Shown here piece after piece: positions 1-9,960 of a stretch of DNA of 64,000 nucleotides (position 1 is its first letter; the number at the start of each line of letters is the position of its first letter). Location of the stretch: the NCBI GenBank assembly GCA_964512765.1, contig CAZEKF010000006.1, positions 2,747 to 66,746 of the forward strand, in the 5' to 3' direction. Origin of the DNA: an uncultured Methanosarcinales archaeon. GTDB lineage: Archaea; Nanobdellota; Nanobdellia; Woesearchaeales; GW2011-AR15. Below the pieces are notes generated by a model that ran no database searches, was not told the origin of the DNA, and was given only the letters and a program-made list of their open reading frames with translations. Both the position numbers and the translations under genes were made by a program.

Positions 1-1547
1 TCAAAAATTCAACTGCAAACATTGCCGGTAGGATGGTTTTAGACGGTATTCATTTACTTAAAACTTCATTTATAAATCTAAGTGATTATAAATTAGACAC
101 AGCTGCTCATGAAATTTTGGGTGAAAAAAAATTAATATCAGGTGTAGATAAAGGAAAAGAGATTGAAAGGCAATTTAAAGAAGATCCTCAAAAGTTAGTT
201 GATTACAATCTAAAAGATTCTGAGCTTGTAATAAAAATATTAGAGAAGAAAAATATCATAGATCTAACCGTCCAAAGGTCGTTGCTAACAGGCATGCAAC
301 TAGATAGAGTTAGAGGGTCAATAGCTTCATTAGACAATCTGTATCTAAGAGAAACTAAAAAACTAGGTTATGTGTGTAAAACATCTGAGTATGGTCAAAG
401 AGAAGCAAGGATAAAAGGCGGTTATGTTAAAGATTCAACACCTGGTATTTATGATTTTATTAATGTTCTGGATTTCAAGAGTCTGTATCCAAGTATAATG
501 CGAACATATAACATTGATCCGTTATCATTTATTCCAAAAGAGCTTCACAAAAAACATAAAGAATATATTGAAGCACCTAACGGTGCCAGGTTCAAGAAAA
601 AGTATGGGATATTACCGAATTTATTGCAAAGGTTATGGGAGCAAAGGGATGAAGCTAAAAAAGTTGACAATCAAGAACAAAGTTATGCTATTAAAATAAC
701 CATGAATTCAATGTTCGGTGTTCTAGCAAATCCAATGTGCAGATTTTATTCACTGGAAATGGCAAACGCAATCACGCACTGGGCACAGTTTACTATTAAA
801 AAAACTGCTGCGATTGTTGAAAAACAAAAAGGTTACAAAATCATATACGGTGACACAGATTCAATATTCCAAGAAACTAAAGCAAAAAGTATTGAAAAAG
901 CACGTGAAATCGGAACAGAAACTCAAGCGTTTGTTAATAAATACTGGGCAGATTATGTGAAAAAACTTGACCTTGATAATTTCTTAGAACTTGAATTTGA
1001 AAAAACTTATATTAGATTCATGATGCCGAAAATTAGAGGTACTGATATAGGCGCTAAGAAAAGGTATGCGGGGTTGTTAATTAAAGATGGTAAAGAAAAG
1101 ATTGATTTTACTGGTTTGGAATTTGTTAGAAGGGACTGGACAGACCTTTCAAAAAAATTCCAACTTGAATTATTGGATAAAATATTCCACAAACAAGAAG
1201 TTGTTGATTACATTAAAAAATTTGTTGAAACATTACAAAAAGGCAAGTATGACAATTTGTTAGTATATAAGAAAGCTATTAGAAAACCACTAGATAAATA
1301 TGTTAAGACAACACCTCCGCATGTTAAAGCTGCTCGAAAATTAGACAAACTGACTTCAAACATTATAGCATACGTCATGACAACTGAAGGGCCTGAACCT
1401 GTACAAAAGATTAAACATAAACTTGACTATAACCATTACATTGAAAAACAAATTAAGCCAATAGCTGATTCTATACTGGTTTTTTACAATCAGAAGTTTG
1501 ATAATTTACTGACAGATTCCAAGCAAACTAGTTTATTCAGATTTTAA
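1..1547 (+). CDS. polB: Family B DNA polymerase, C-terminal part (5' end outside window)
   Basis: The frame is open from base 3, upstream of the listed ATG. Motifs present: DFKSLYPSI (A), KITMNSMFG (B), YGDTDS (C), KKRYAG. Confidence 0.9.
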   Translation, partial: KNSTANIAGRMVLDGIHLLKTSFINLSDYKLDTAAHEILGEKKLISGVDKGKEIERQFKEDPQKLVDYNLKDSELVIKILEKKNIIDLTVQRSLLTGMQLDRVRGSIASLDNLYLRETKKLGYVCKTSEYGQREARIKGGYVKDSTPGIYDFINVLDFKSLYPSIMRTYNIDPLSFIPKELHKKHKEYIEAPNGARFKKKYGILPNLLQRLWEQRDEAKKVDNQEQSYAIKITMNSMFGVLANPMCRFYSLEMANAITHWAQFTIKKTAAIVEKQKGYKIIYGDTDSIFQETKAKSIEKAREIGTETQAFVNKYWADYVKKLDLDNFLELEFEKTYIRFMMPKIRGTDIGAKKRYAGLLIKDGKEKIDFTGLEFVRRDWTDLSKKFQLELLDKIFHKQEVVDYIKKFVETLQKGKYDNLLVYKKAIRKPLDKYVKTTPPHVKAARKLDKLTSNIIAYVMTTEGPEPVQKIKHKLDYNHYIEKQIKPIADSILVFYNQKFDNLLTDSKQTSLFRF

Positions 1548-1567
1548 CAAATTAGAATCTGAATATT

Positions 1568-1596
1568 CGAAAATGTATTACATTTTCGTTTTGTTT
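1568..1596 (+). terminator. Hairpin plus T-rich tail after polB
   Basis: CGAAAATGTA-T-TACATTTTCG is a perfect inverted repeat (1568-1588), followed by TTTTGTTT. Confidence 0.4.
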
Positions 1597-1607
1597 GGGT
1601 TTGGAAG

Positions 1608-2138
1608 TTAAATTAATAACAATAATAACGGTGTTCCTAAGATAGAGAATAGAATAATGTTAAATAGAATATTTGTTATTGCAAACGGCAAATATTTTGG
1701 TAGATATGTTGGACTTGTAATAACTGTGAATATTGTGCTTATTGCGTTAATAGTAATAGTTGCGTAAGTTCCTAAGGTTCTAATTCCTAGTGTAGGAAAA
1801 AAGCCTGATAACATTACAACTAAACTGTATATAGGTATGACCCAGAATATGTAATTTGCAATAAAACCTCCTGCTAGCATATGGTAAGATATTAAAACAA
1901 AAGTTACAATTAATCCTGTTACTGGCCCATATTTTATTGCTGATAACACGCCTATGAATGTCACAAGTTCTAGCCCTAACTGTCTTAACCCGTAATTGTT
2001 AACAACATAGCTCATCGCTAAGCTTAATATGACTAAAATAAACATGACAAAAACTCCTTTGAATATTGCTAACAGTAAAACAAAGATTGCTATGATTCTT
2101 AAAATACTAATCAATTGTTTTTTGTTTTTTACCTTCAT
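1608..2138 (-). CDS. Polytopic membrane protein, unknown function (paralog of 2576..3139)
   Basis: Several hydrophobic helices. Core LRQLGLELVTF...GPVTGL resembles LPQLGFELYST...GPWYGM in the other ORF. Confidence 0.6.
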   Translation of the reverse strand: MKVKNKKQLISILRIIAIFVLLLAIFKGVFVMFILVILSLAMSYVVNNYGLRQLGLELVTFIGVLSAIKYGPVTGLIVTFVLISYHMLAGGFIANYIFWVIPIYSLVVMLSGFFPTLGIRTLGTYATITINAISTIFTVITSPTYLPKYLPFAITNILFNIILFSILGTPLLLLLI

Positions 2139-2165
2139 GTTTTCAAAAAGATAAAGAAATAGAAG

Positions 2166-2570
2166 TTATAAAGTTAACCTTTGAACAACTTTTTCAATTA
2201 AATGATCTTTTAGTTTGAAATCAATTTCATTAGGATGTATCCACATTAATTCTGTATGTTCTTCGCTCATGTTAATTTGAATATCTTTAACAGTGCACAA
2301 GTATGTAATTCTAACAATATGTTTTTCATCATCTTTATAGATTGTGGATGCGTCTAATATTTGTTTTACCTGATCAAGTTCAAGTCCTGTTTCCTCAAGA
2401 AGTTCTCTTCTTAATCCATCTATTGGTTCTTCACCATAATTAATCCTGCCGCCAGGTATGTCCCATATTCCGTGAATGTTGTCTTCTTTGTATTTATCCG
2501 ACCTTTTAATAAAAAGTATTTTACCGTCATTGTTTATTACTGCTTTGACACCCACATAAAATTTGCTCAA
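2166..2570 (-). CDS. NUDIX hydrolase
   Basis: Nudix box GGRINYGEEPIDGLRRELLEETGL. Confidence 0.85.
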   Translation of the reverse strand: MSKFYVGVKAVINNDGKILFIKRSDKYKEDNIHGIWDIPGGRINYGEEPIDGLRRELLEETGLELDQVKQILDASTIYKDDEKHIVRITYLCTVKDIQINMSEEHTELMWIHPNEIDFKLKDHLIEKVVQRLTL

Positions 2571-2575
2571 TTACA

Positions 2576-3139
2576 TCACCTTAATATTGCGTATAAAATC
2601 GGGACAAGAGTCCGAAATATAAACATAGTTAATAAAATATGTGTAAACGTATGAAACATTGCTGAGCTTATTCTTGCACCCGATATCACAAAGATTGGAA
2701 CTGTAATAATTTCATAAATAATTACAAATAACACACCAAGTACGGTAATGTTAATATTTAGATGGCGAATAAGTCCGCATGTAAGACCTATTAATCCCCA
2801 TGCAGTCATAGATATATAAGTATAATACTTAATTTTTCCACTGAAAAAATATGCAAAAAAGTTTGATAATAGCCCTTGTAACATACCATACCACGGTCCT
2901 AATAATAATCCTGTTAATATTGTGGATGTTGAATATAATTCAAAGCCTAGTTGAGGCAACCAAAAAAAATGGTTGTAGATTCTTGAGATTGATGCTAGAA
3001 ACAAGAGTATAAAAAAGGTAAAAAAAGTTTTGTGCTTTTGAAAAAAAACTAATGCAAGATAAAATAAGATCAAATAAAGTATGTATCTCCATATGTGGAT
3101 GTTTTTTAAGATACTAAAATCTAGTTTTTTGTAGTTCAC
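2576..3139 (-). CDS. Polytopic membrane protein, unknown function (paralog of 1608..2138)
   Basis: Multi-helix hydrophobic profile and a shared core motif with 1608..2138. Confidence 0.6.
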   Translation of the reverse strand: MNYKKLDFSILKNIHIWRYILYLILFYLALVFFQKHKTFFTFFILLFLASISRIYNHFFWLPQLGFELYSTSTILTGLLLGPWYGMLQGLLSNFFAYFFSGKIKYYTYISMTAWGLIGLTCGLIRHLNINITVLGVLFVIIYEIITVPIFVISGARISSAMFHTFTHILLTMFIFRTLVPILYAILR

Positions 3140-3234
3140 GATGTGTGTTACAATGATATTAAATAAAAAAATATAGGACTCAATGAGGGGACAAAAAGTA
3201 CACTTTTATATATTAAAATAGTATTCTGTAATGT

Positions 3235-3990
3235 ATGCATAACATAAATTTACTAAAAAAACTAGGTTTCACTGAGTATGAAGCTCGCACTTATGTTGCT
3301 TTATCTGAACTAGGACCAAGTACTGCTAAAGAAATTTCAGAGTATAGTAAACTACCTAAGAATAAAACTTATGAAATGTTAAATAAATTAGAGAATAAAG
3401 AAAAAATAGTTTCATTACCAGTAACTCCCAGAAAATATAAGATATTAGACATTAACCAATTAAAAGAAAATGTCACTGATCAAAAAAAACAAATTAACCT
3501 AATTGAAAAAAAATTAAACAAGTTTATTGAAGAAAGTTCTAAACCTAAACTAAAGGAATTCAAAGAAATATTTTGGATTATTCGAGGGAAAAAAGCTATT
3601 ATTGAAAAGATGACCAACCAGAATAAAAAAGCAAAAAAAGAAATTCTTTCAATAAACAGGTTAAGCACAGCTAACCCTGTCAATTTAAGAAACATGAAGA
3701 TAGCAATTAATAACGGTGCAAAAGTAAAATTCTTAGCTCCTGATCTAAAAAACAATAAACAAGCTTTGAAATGGCAATCAATTGGATGTGAATTAAGAGA
3801 TTATGATGAAATTAAATATGGTCCAATAGGAACAAGAATTGGTGTATTTGATAAAAAAATTGTAAGAATTACTTTTGGTGAACCTGATGTAAACAGAGAA
3901 GAAGATTACATTACACTATGGGCAGAATCACCTCATTTGGCTAATATATTAAGAAATTATTTCATGAATATTTGGAATAAATCTAAATAA
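3235..3990 (+). CDS. TrmB-family transcriptional regulator
   Basis: The N-terminal winged HTH LGFTEYEARTYVALSELGPSTAKEISEYSKLPKNKTYEMLNKLENK is typical of TrmB. Length of about 250 aa fits. Confidence 0.8.
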   Translation: MHNINLLKKLGFTEYEARTYVALSELGPSTAKEISEYSKLPKNKTYEMLNKLENKEKIVSLPVTPRKYKILDINQLKENVTDQKKQINLIEKKLNKFIEESSKPKLKEFKEIFWIIRGKKAIIEKMTNQNKKAKKEILSINRLSTANPVNLRNMKIAINNGAKVKFLAPDLKNNKQALKWQSIGCELRDYDEIKYGPIGTRIGVFDKKIVRITFGEPDVNREEDYITLWAESPHLANILRNYFMNIWNKSK

Positions 3991-3994
3991 TTTA

Positions 3995-5365
3995 TCAATT
4001 CATACTTGATTCATATGATCCAGTGACTGTTCTCTTCTGTATCTCTAAATCTCCTCCTGTTTCTCCAGTATATTTTTCAAGATGTTGTAGATAATGACCC
4101 ATTGCACTATTAAAATCACCAATAGTAAAGATTCCACCTGGTGTACCGCCCCATGCTTGTTCATCATACAACACTTTTCTAAACCCTACCAAATATCTTT
4201 TTGGATAAATTGATAACCCTCTTGAATTTTGTCTAAGAGCTAGATAAGACGTAGTACTTGGAGTTCCCATGTTCCCAAACAATTGTTCTATACATGATAG
4301 TTGGTCCTGTGAATTAAAACTTGCAATTCTACAAAAGATTCTTGACAACTCACGATGAATATTTTTATCAGCTGTATTTCTTTCTAATAACAAATCTCTC
4401 ATCTCATAAGCAAAAAATTTATCATATCCTCCCTTACGTATTTCTTGTTCTAGAAAATCTATACCAACTTTTTTTTTTGCTAAATCTACTATTCCATCAT
4501 TAAATTCGTGCAACCTCTCAATATACGATTGAAACACTCCAAACAAACCAGGATCTTGAACTAGGTATTTAAGTGATAACTCTTTCATAGAAGCTTCTGG
4601 CCCTTGTGGGATTTGTTCGTATAACCATAACGCTGTTTTTCTTAAATTTGCATGTGATATAGGTAATACTGTCATTAGTTTGTTTTCAGGGTGAAACCCA
4701 GAGGTCATCAACCGAGCAATATCTCTGTTCCTAACATATTTTTTAAGCCCTTCTTTCCAGAAATTAACTCTTGAAATCGGATATATACTCATGTGAGATA
4801 CTGTATAATCTCCTTCACCAATAAGAGTTCTAACTGATTCTTCTAAAACCTGTTCACGGCGTGACAATTTATGATCTATTTTCCTTCCTAACATGTCTGA
4901 TTGTTTCCCAGCAACAGGATGGCAAACAATTACTTGTCTTTGACCTTTATTCTGAATATCAAGTAATCTATACATGTTAGTGACTAGATTTCGTCTTTTT
5001 GTTTTCGGGTTGACAACTTTAGAAACATCAATTAGGTTTCCTGAGTTTGCGAAGGTGTAGTGTAAGTCACCAATCTCAACCTGGGTCCCAGGTGGCGCAC
5101 TAACAAATTCCATTGATTCAAACTGATGTTTAATTGAATAAATAAACTGTTCAAAATAATATAACATTAACCAGGTTGCTGCATGACTTTCATCATGCGG
5201 TCTGTTTAATAAATAGAAATCCAATAATGGATCGACGTTTTCTATATGTGGATGTGCATTAATAGTTATTATTCTACCAGGATCAACTTCAGGATACTCT
5301 GCAACTTCAAAAGGAATTTCCTGTGAAAAACTTCCATTTAACAGCAAATGATCTAAGTTTGACAT
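3995..5365 (-). CDS. Hypothetical protein, 456 aa, no family recognised
   Basis: Long uninterrupted ORF. A TATA-like TTTATAAATA lies about 22-31 nt upstream of the ATG on the minus strand. Composition is less Lys/Asn/Ile-rich than neighbouring housekeeping genes. Confidence 0.6.
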   Translation of the reverse strand: MSNLDHLLLNGSFSQEIPFEVAEYPEVDPGRIITINAHPHIENVDPLLDFYLLNRPHDESHAATWLMLYYFEQFIYSIKHQFESMEFVSAPPGTQVEIGDLHYTFANSGNLIDVSKVVNPKTKRRNLVTNMYRLLDIQNKGQRQVIVCHPVAGKQSDMLGRKIDHKLSRREQVLEESVRTLIGEGDYTVSHMSIYPISRVNFWKEGLKKYVRNRDIARLMTSGFHPENKLMTVLPISHANLRKTALWLYEQIPQGPEASMKELSLKYLVQDPGLFGVFQSYIERLHEFNDGIVDLAKKKVGIDFLEQEIRKGGYDKFFAYEMRDLLLERNTADKNIHRELSRIFCRIASFNSQDQLSCIEQLFGNMGTPSTTSYLALRQNSRGLSIYPKRYLVGFRKVLYDEQAWGGTPGGIFTIGDFNSAMGHYLQHLEKYTGETGGDLEIQKRTVTGSYESSMN

Positions 5366-5396
5366 TTAGTAGGTGTAAAAATAAGTTATTTATAAA

Positions 5397-5480
5397 GATT
5401 ATATTACTTTATGGGCAGAAAGTCCTCATTTAACTAATATACTAAGAAACTATTTTATGAACATTTGGAGGAAAAGTTAA
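5397..5480 (+). pseudogene. Orphan fragment of a trmB-like 3' end (27 codons plus stop)
   Basis: Translates to DYITLWAESPHLTNILRNYFMNIWRKS*, against DYITLWAESPHLANILRNYFMNIWNKSK* at 3904..3990. There is an in-frame stop at 5382-5384 and no similarity upstream. Confidence 0.8.
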
Positions 5481-5481
5481 G

Positions 5482-7776
5482 TTAAACAACTTTCATCAAA
5501 CCAATGTTTTCAAAATGAACAGCTGTGTCTCTATAAAAATCCTTTGCATCTTGCATCATAGCATTTTTGACAGGATCTAATAGAAATCTGTCGACAATCT
5601 CCCCTACGTATCCAACATCAACAACTTGGTATTCTCTTAATCTTGCCTTGATTTCCTGAGGTGACAAGGGTATACCTCTACGCTTTGCAAGTCGAACATC
5701 TTTACCAAAATTGTGTGCTGCCTTGGGATGGTTAGTTACAAAGTCCTTCATAAATGCTTTTTTTACATCCTTTGCTAAGTCCCTAATAACCCTACCTGTT
5801 GCTCCATCAAGTTGTTCAGCCCAAGCAAAATAAGATTTCCCAATATTTGTTACTGGAACATGTCTAATTAGATATCTTCTTATTAAATGTGCTCTTTCTT
5901 CTATTGCGAGTTCACCAACAACACCGACATAACCCGTTCTACTATAAATTTGAACAGGTATTTCCATAGGTTTATTTGACATGCCCATTATTGATACTCC
6001 ACGATTATCTACTAATCCTTCAAGTTGTTCTTGAAGTTGATTTTGTACCATTGCATAGGGTTTATTATTATGAAACCCGTTCCCAGAGTTAAACCAACCA
6101 TTGAATTCATCCATTATAAGCACAACTTGTTTACCTGTATCATCATGCAATTGATTACAAAAATCCATAACTCTAGAGTAATTTTTTTCAAAATTCTGAA
6201 ACCAAAAAGATCCAATGTCAGGTACACTTAATTTAACTTTAGCAAATCTTGGAGTAGAAATTATTGCTTTTCCTAACATAGTTTTACCGCAACCAACTGG
6301 ACCGATCAAAATCAGGTTTGCCCCTTGTCCAAGTTCTGGATCCACTGCTGTAAATAAATCAACATATTTATCGTGCCACATCATACCTTCAATAAAAGCT
6401 TTAGCAGGATCAAAGCTTGCTCCATAAACATCACTAATTTTAACATTGAGTGCAGGTGTTCTTACAAATTCTGCTTGATGAAAATCACCTTCACTTTTAA
6501 CAACATAAAAATGGTTACCTGTTTTTTCTTCTTTTTTTACTTCATCTTTCTTATGGCCTGCTTGGATGTCTTCAAACTTTTCTTTTTGAATTACTGCTTT
6601 TTGTACTGTTGAACGTGCAATTTTAAGTTTTAATTCTGGACTAGGTTCATCTTTAATAGCTTCAAGTTGGTTCCATATGTATTGCATTAGTTTTAGTCTT
6701 TTTGTAATATATCTCTTTTCAGTTGTTGTTCTTCCATTTGTTTCATAAGTGCCTGGTTTTACACCTAAAAAATCAATTCCTTGTAACCTGGAAAGAGCCT
6801 CATGAGGAACTACAAGAGGATTATCAAAATCTCTTCCTGTTACTTCAAACACTCCTGTCGGGTCAAGATTTTGAGTCTGGATTATTTCTCTCATTAGTGT
6901 TTCAAGACCTGAGAAAACACCATAAAAATGTGAAAGTACTTCTCCAATTTCAGATAAATACTCTCTTGGGTTAGTTAAATATGACATATATGTAGGATTA
7001 GCTATCTCAACAAGTGTTCTTGCTGATCTTTCTAAATCAAAGTCATCAAGATGTTTAACTTCTGTTGGTTTGCCCCGTTTCTCAGCAGTTATTCTTGTAT
7101 ATCTTCGTGGAAGTTGATTAAGTACATCCAAAGTCAAATCAGTAATAAACACATTATCTTGAACCAGTGGTGTTCGTGCAAATTCAACTTTATTCGGATC
7201 AAAGAAAAATGAATCGTCTTTATCAAACTGTTTTATAAAGGCCGTTGATTTGTACCTCACATTTAAAAAACGATTTTGTAAATATCTATATTGAGCTATT
7301 GACCTTGGATATAATACTTCAAGCAATAAATTATATCTATTTAGTGCTCCAAGTAGTGTATCTCGGACAACTGTTGATGTTTGATAAAATAAATGAGAAA
7401 AATTACTAACATTTATAACTTGTTCAGGTTGTTTATTACTCAACATTGCATGTGCTTGGACAGCTCTCACAGCAAGTTTTTTGCTCTGTAAAATACCAAT
7501 TAATGGTTCTTGAAGACTTGCATCTATGAGTTTCCCAACCTCAAAAAAATAGTTGTACGAGGCAATATCAGAACAATCACCTAATTCAGCAAATGCTTTT
7601 CCCTCTGGTTGATAGATTTCAAAAGTTTTATCTTTAAGCTTGATAACCTTTGCTTCTAATTCAGATACAACTTCCATTAGTTTAGCAAAATTCTCAGCTT
7701 GTGCGTCAAAAAATGCTTGTTGTTCTGGAGATGGATCATTTGCCTTCATCAATTCTGATAACAAGTCATCTCTCAT
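5482..7776 (-). CDS. Classical AAA-family ATPase with a large (~470 aa) uncharacterised N-terminal region
   Basis: Walker A LILIGPVGCGKT, Walker B VVLIMDEFNGW, SRH-like VSIMGMSNKPMEIPVQIYSRTGY, and a lid-like EERAHLIRRYL...LDGATGRVIRDLAKD. Confidence 0.8.
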   Translation of the reverse strand: MRDDLLSELMKANDPSPEQQAFFDAQAENFAKLMEVVSELEAKVIKLKDKTFEIYQPEGKAFAELGDCSDIASYNYFFEVGKLIDASLQEPLIGILQSKKLAVRAVQAHAMLSNKQPEQVINVSNFSHLFYQTSTVVRDTLLGALNRYNLLLEVLYPRSIAQYRYLQNRFLNVRYKSTAFIKQFDKDDSFFFDPNKVEFARTPLVQDNVFITDLTLDVLNQLPRRYTRITAEKRGKPTEVKHLDDFDLERSARTLVEIANPTYMSYLTNPREYLSEIGEVLSHFYGVFSGLETLMREIIQTQNLDPTGVFEVTGRDFDNPLVVPHEALSRLQGIDFLGVKPGTYETNGRTTTEKRYITKRLKLMQYIWNQLEAIKDEPSPELKLKIARSTVQKAVIQKEKFEDIQAGHKKDEVKKEEKTGNHFYVVKSEGDFHQAEFVRTPALNVKISDVYGASFDPAKAFIEGMMWHDKYVDLFTAVDPELGQGANLILIGPVGCGKTMLGKAIISTPRFAKVKLSVPDIGSFWFQNFEKNYSRVMDFCNQLHDDTGKQVVLIMDEFNGWFNSGNGFHNNKPYAMVQNQLQEQLEGLVDNRGVSIMGMSNKPMEIPVQIYSRTGYVGVVGELAIEERAHLIRRYLIRHVPVTNIGKSYFAWAEQLDGATGRVIRDLAKDVKKAFMKDFVTNHPKAAHNFGKDVRLAKRRGIPLSPQEIKARLREYQVVDVGYVGEIVDRFLLDPVKNAMMQDAKDFYRDTAVHFENIGLMKVV

Positions 7777-7927
7777 TTCGACGAAAAATTAGATCTAATA
7801 TTAAAAGATATTGGGAAAATTGTATTCTTTAAACAGAAAAACCATAAAGACTTCTTAAAAATATATTAAAGTTCAAAATAAAAGAAATTTATAATATTAG
7901 TCCTGGACCTGATGCTGGGAAATTAAT

Positions 7928-9337
7928 TTAATACCTATAATGCTCGCTCTTATACGGTCCTTTTACATTAATACCAATATAGTCTGCTTGTTCATCTGAT
8001 AGTTTAGTTAATTTCACTCCAAGCTTATCCAAATGCAATCGAGCAACTTCTTCATCAAGTTCTTTTGGTAGCATGTACACTCCTAATTTGTAATCTTTTT
8101 GCCATAATTCTATCTGTGCCAATACTTGATTAGTGAAACTATTGCTCATGACAAAACTTGGATGGCCTTTTGCATTGCCTAAGTTCACGAGACGTCCTTT
8201 AGATAATAAAATTATTGAATGTCCGTCTGGAAACACAAACTTGTCTACTTGTGGTTTAATATTGATTTCTTTAATTCCTGGATAATTTTCTAGTTTATCA
8301 ACTTGGATCTCATTATCAAAATGTCCAATATTACAAACAATTGCCTGATCTTTCATTTTTTTCATGTGATCTAATGTTATAATATCACAGTTACCTGTTG
8401 CTGTTACAAAAACATCAGCTTCAGAAACAACATCTTCAACTGTATTTACTTCAAATCCTTCCATTGTTGCTTGTAACGCACAAATAGGGTCTATTTCTGT
8501 TACAATAACACGTGCGCCAAACCCTCTCATACTTTGTGCACAGCCTTTTCCTACATCGCCGTATCCACAAACAACAACAATCTTACCAGCGATCATGACA
8601 TCTGTTGCACGTTTAATACCATCTGCCAAACTTTCTCTACAACCATACAAATTATCAAACTTACTTTTTGTAACAGAATCATTCACATTAATAGCTGGAA
8701 ACAATAGCTTGTTTTGTTCAAGCATCTGGTATAGTCTATGAACACCTGTTGTAGTTTCTTCACTAACACCTTTAACTTTTTTAGAAACTTTTGTCCATCT
8801 TTCAGGATCTTTTTGATAAATTTGTTTCAATGTTGACATTAATTCTTGAAAATCCTCACCCTCATTACTATAATCTTTATCCAATATTGAAGGATCTTTT
8901 TCAATTTCAACACCTTTATGTATCATTAATGTTGCGTCACCACCGTCGTCTACTATTAACTCTGGTCCTTCTCCGTTAAAATCAAGTGCTTTAGCTGTAT
9001 ACTCCCAGTATTCTTTTAATGTTTCTCCTTTGTATGCAAAAACAGGTATTCCTTTTTCAGCAATTGCTGCTGCTGCAGGATCGTGTGTACTGTAAATGTT
9101 ACAAGACGCCCATCTTACACTTGCTCCAAGTTCAATTAATGTTTCAATTAAAACAGCAGTCTGGACAGTCATGTGTAAACTGCCTGTTATTTTAGCACCT
9201 TTCAATGGTTTGCTAGAACTGTATTTTTTTCTAACTGTCATTAATCCAGGCATTTCAACTTCTGCAATATCAATTTCTTTCCTACCTTGCTCAGCTAATT
9301 TAATATCTTTAACTACATAATTATCAGTTTTGTCCAT
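7928..9337 (-). CDS. ahcY: Adenosylhomocysteinase
   Basis: [19 protein letters not shown]-binding site [12 protein letters not shown], and full-length similarity to the SAHH pattern. Confidence 0.95.
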   Translation of the reverse strand: MDKTDNYVVKDIKLAEQGRKEIDIAEVEMPGLMTVRKKYSSSKPLKGAKITGSLHMTVQTAVLIETLIELGASVRWASCNIYSTHDPAAAAIAEKGIPVFAYKGETLKEYWEYTAKALDFNGEGPELIVDDGGDATLMIHKGVEIEKDPSILDKDYSNEGEDFQELMSTLKQIYQKDPERWTKVSKKVKGVSEETTTGVHRLYQMLEQNKLLFPAINVNDSVTKSKFDNLYGCRESLADGIKRATDVMIAGKIVVVCGYGDVGKGCAQSMRGFGARVIVTEIDPICALQATMEGFEVNTVEDVVSEADVFVTATGNCDIITLDHMKKMKDQAIVCNIGHFDNEIQVDKLENYPGIKEINIKPQVDKFVFPDGHSIILLSKGRLVNLGNAKGHPSFVMSNSFTNQVLAQIELWQKDYKLGVYMLPKELDEEVARLHLDKLGVKLTKLSDEQADYIGINVKGPYKSEHYRY

Positions 9338-9475
9338 TTTAACATCACAAAATAACTATATTTTTTAGTAATTTAAATAGATTTTATTAAAAACAAAGTA
9401 AAAAATTTAATAAATTAATGAAAAACATGTAAAATTTGCAATAACTTAATAAATATACAAAAAATATCCATAACA

Positions 9476-9895
9476 ATGCTTGATAAAACAGATAAAACAA
9501 TCTTAAAAGAGTTAAAAAACAATTCCAGAATTTCTCTAAAAGACATGTCTAAGAAAACCAATATTAGACCGTCAACAATTCATTCAAGAATACAAAAGTT
9601 AGTAAAAGACAATGTAATTGAGAATTTCACCATAACAACTAATGATTCAAAGTTAAATGAAGAGTTTATTGTTTTTGTATTAGTAAACGCTGACAAAGAA
9701 ATCAAAAATACTTTTTTTAATAAAAGAGAAATAAAAGATGTGTTTGGAGTAACTGGCAGCTATGATTTAATTATGAAATGCAAATTCTCTGATATTAATG
9801 AATTCAATAAATTTATTCTAGAACTAAGAAAACTTCCAGAAGTACAAAACACTTTGACAATGGTAAGTACTATTAAGATTAAGGAAAAAGTCTAA
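9476..9895 (+). CDS. Lrp/AsnC-family transcriptional regulator
   Basis: N-terminal HTH LDKTDKTILKELKNNSRISLKDMSKKTNIRPSTIHSRIQKL plus a C-terminal RAM-like domain. Confidence 0.85.
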   Translation: MLDKTDKTILKELKNNSRISLKDMSKKTNIRPSTIHSRIQKLVKDNVIENFTITTNDSKLNEEFIVFVLVNADKEIKNTFFNKREIKDVFGVTGSYDLIMKCKFSDINEFNKFILELRKLPEVQNTLTMVSTIKIKEKV

Positions 9896-9960
9896 ATAAT
9901 TTTACTAATCTTGGATTCAAATAATATAGATTTATAATTATATTTTTCTTTTATTAGGAA

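Noticed and set aside
6025-6974. Four plus-strand ORFs (6025..6231, 6215..6427, 6373..6612, 6723..6974) inside the AAA ATPase gene. Similar short ORFs occur elsewhere: 514..699, 1007..1192, 3480..3755, 4321..4503, 8791..9320, 12509..12775, 14547..14792, 15404..15655, 22550..22876, 26853..27100, 29612..30379, 33327..35182, 37315..38149, 39266..40673, 46800..47120, 48195..48839, 49527..49940, 52828..53361, 53758..54576, 57895..58104, 59125..59412, 60009..60770, 62190..62381, 63038..63576.
   Set aside because: All lie antisense to, or in an alternative frame of, long ORFs with clear family motifs. Their products are low-complexity, Phe/Leu/Ser/Ile-rich shadow translations typical of AT-rich DNA, with no start-site signals.
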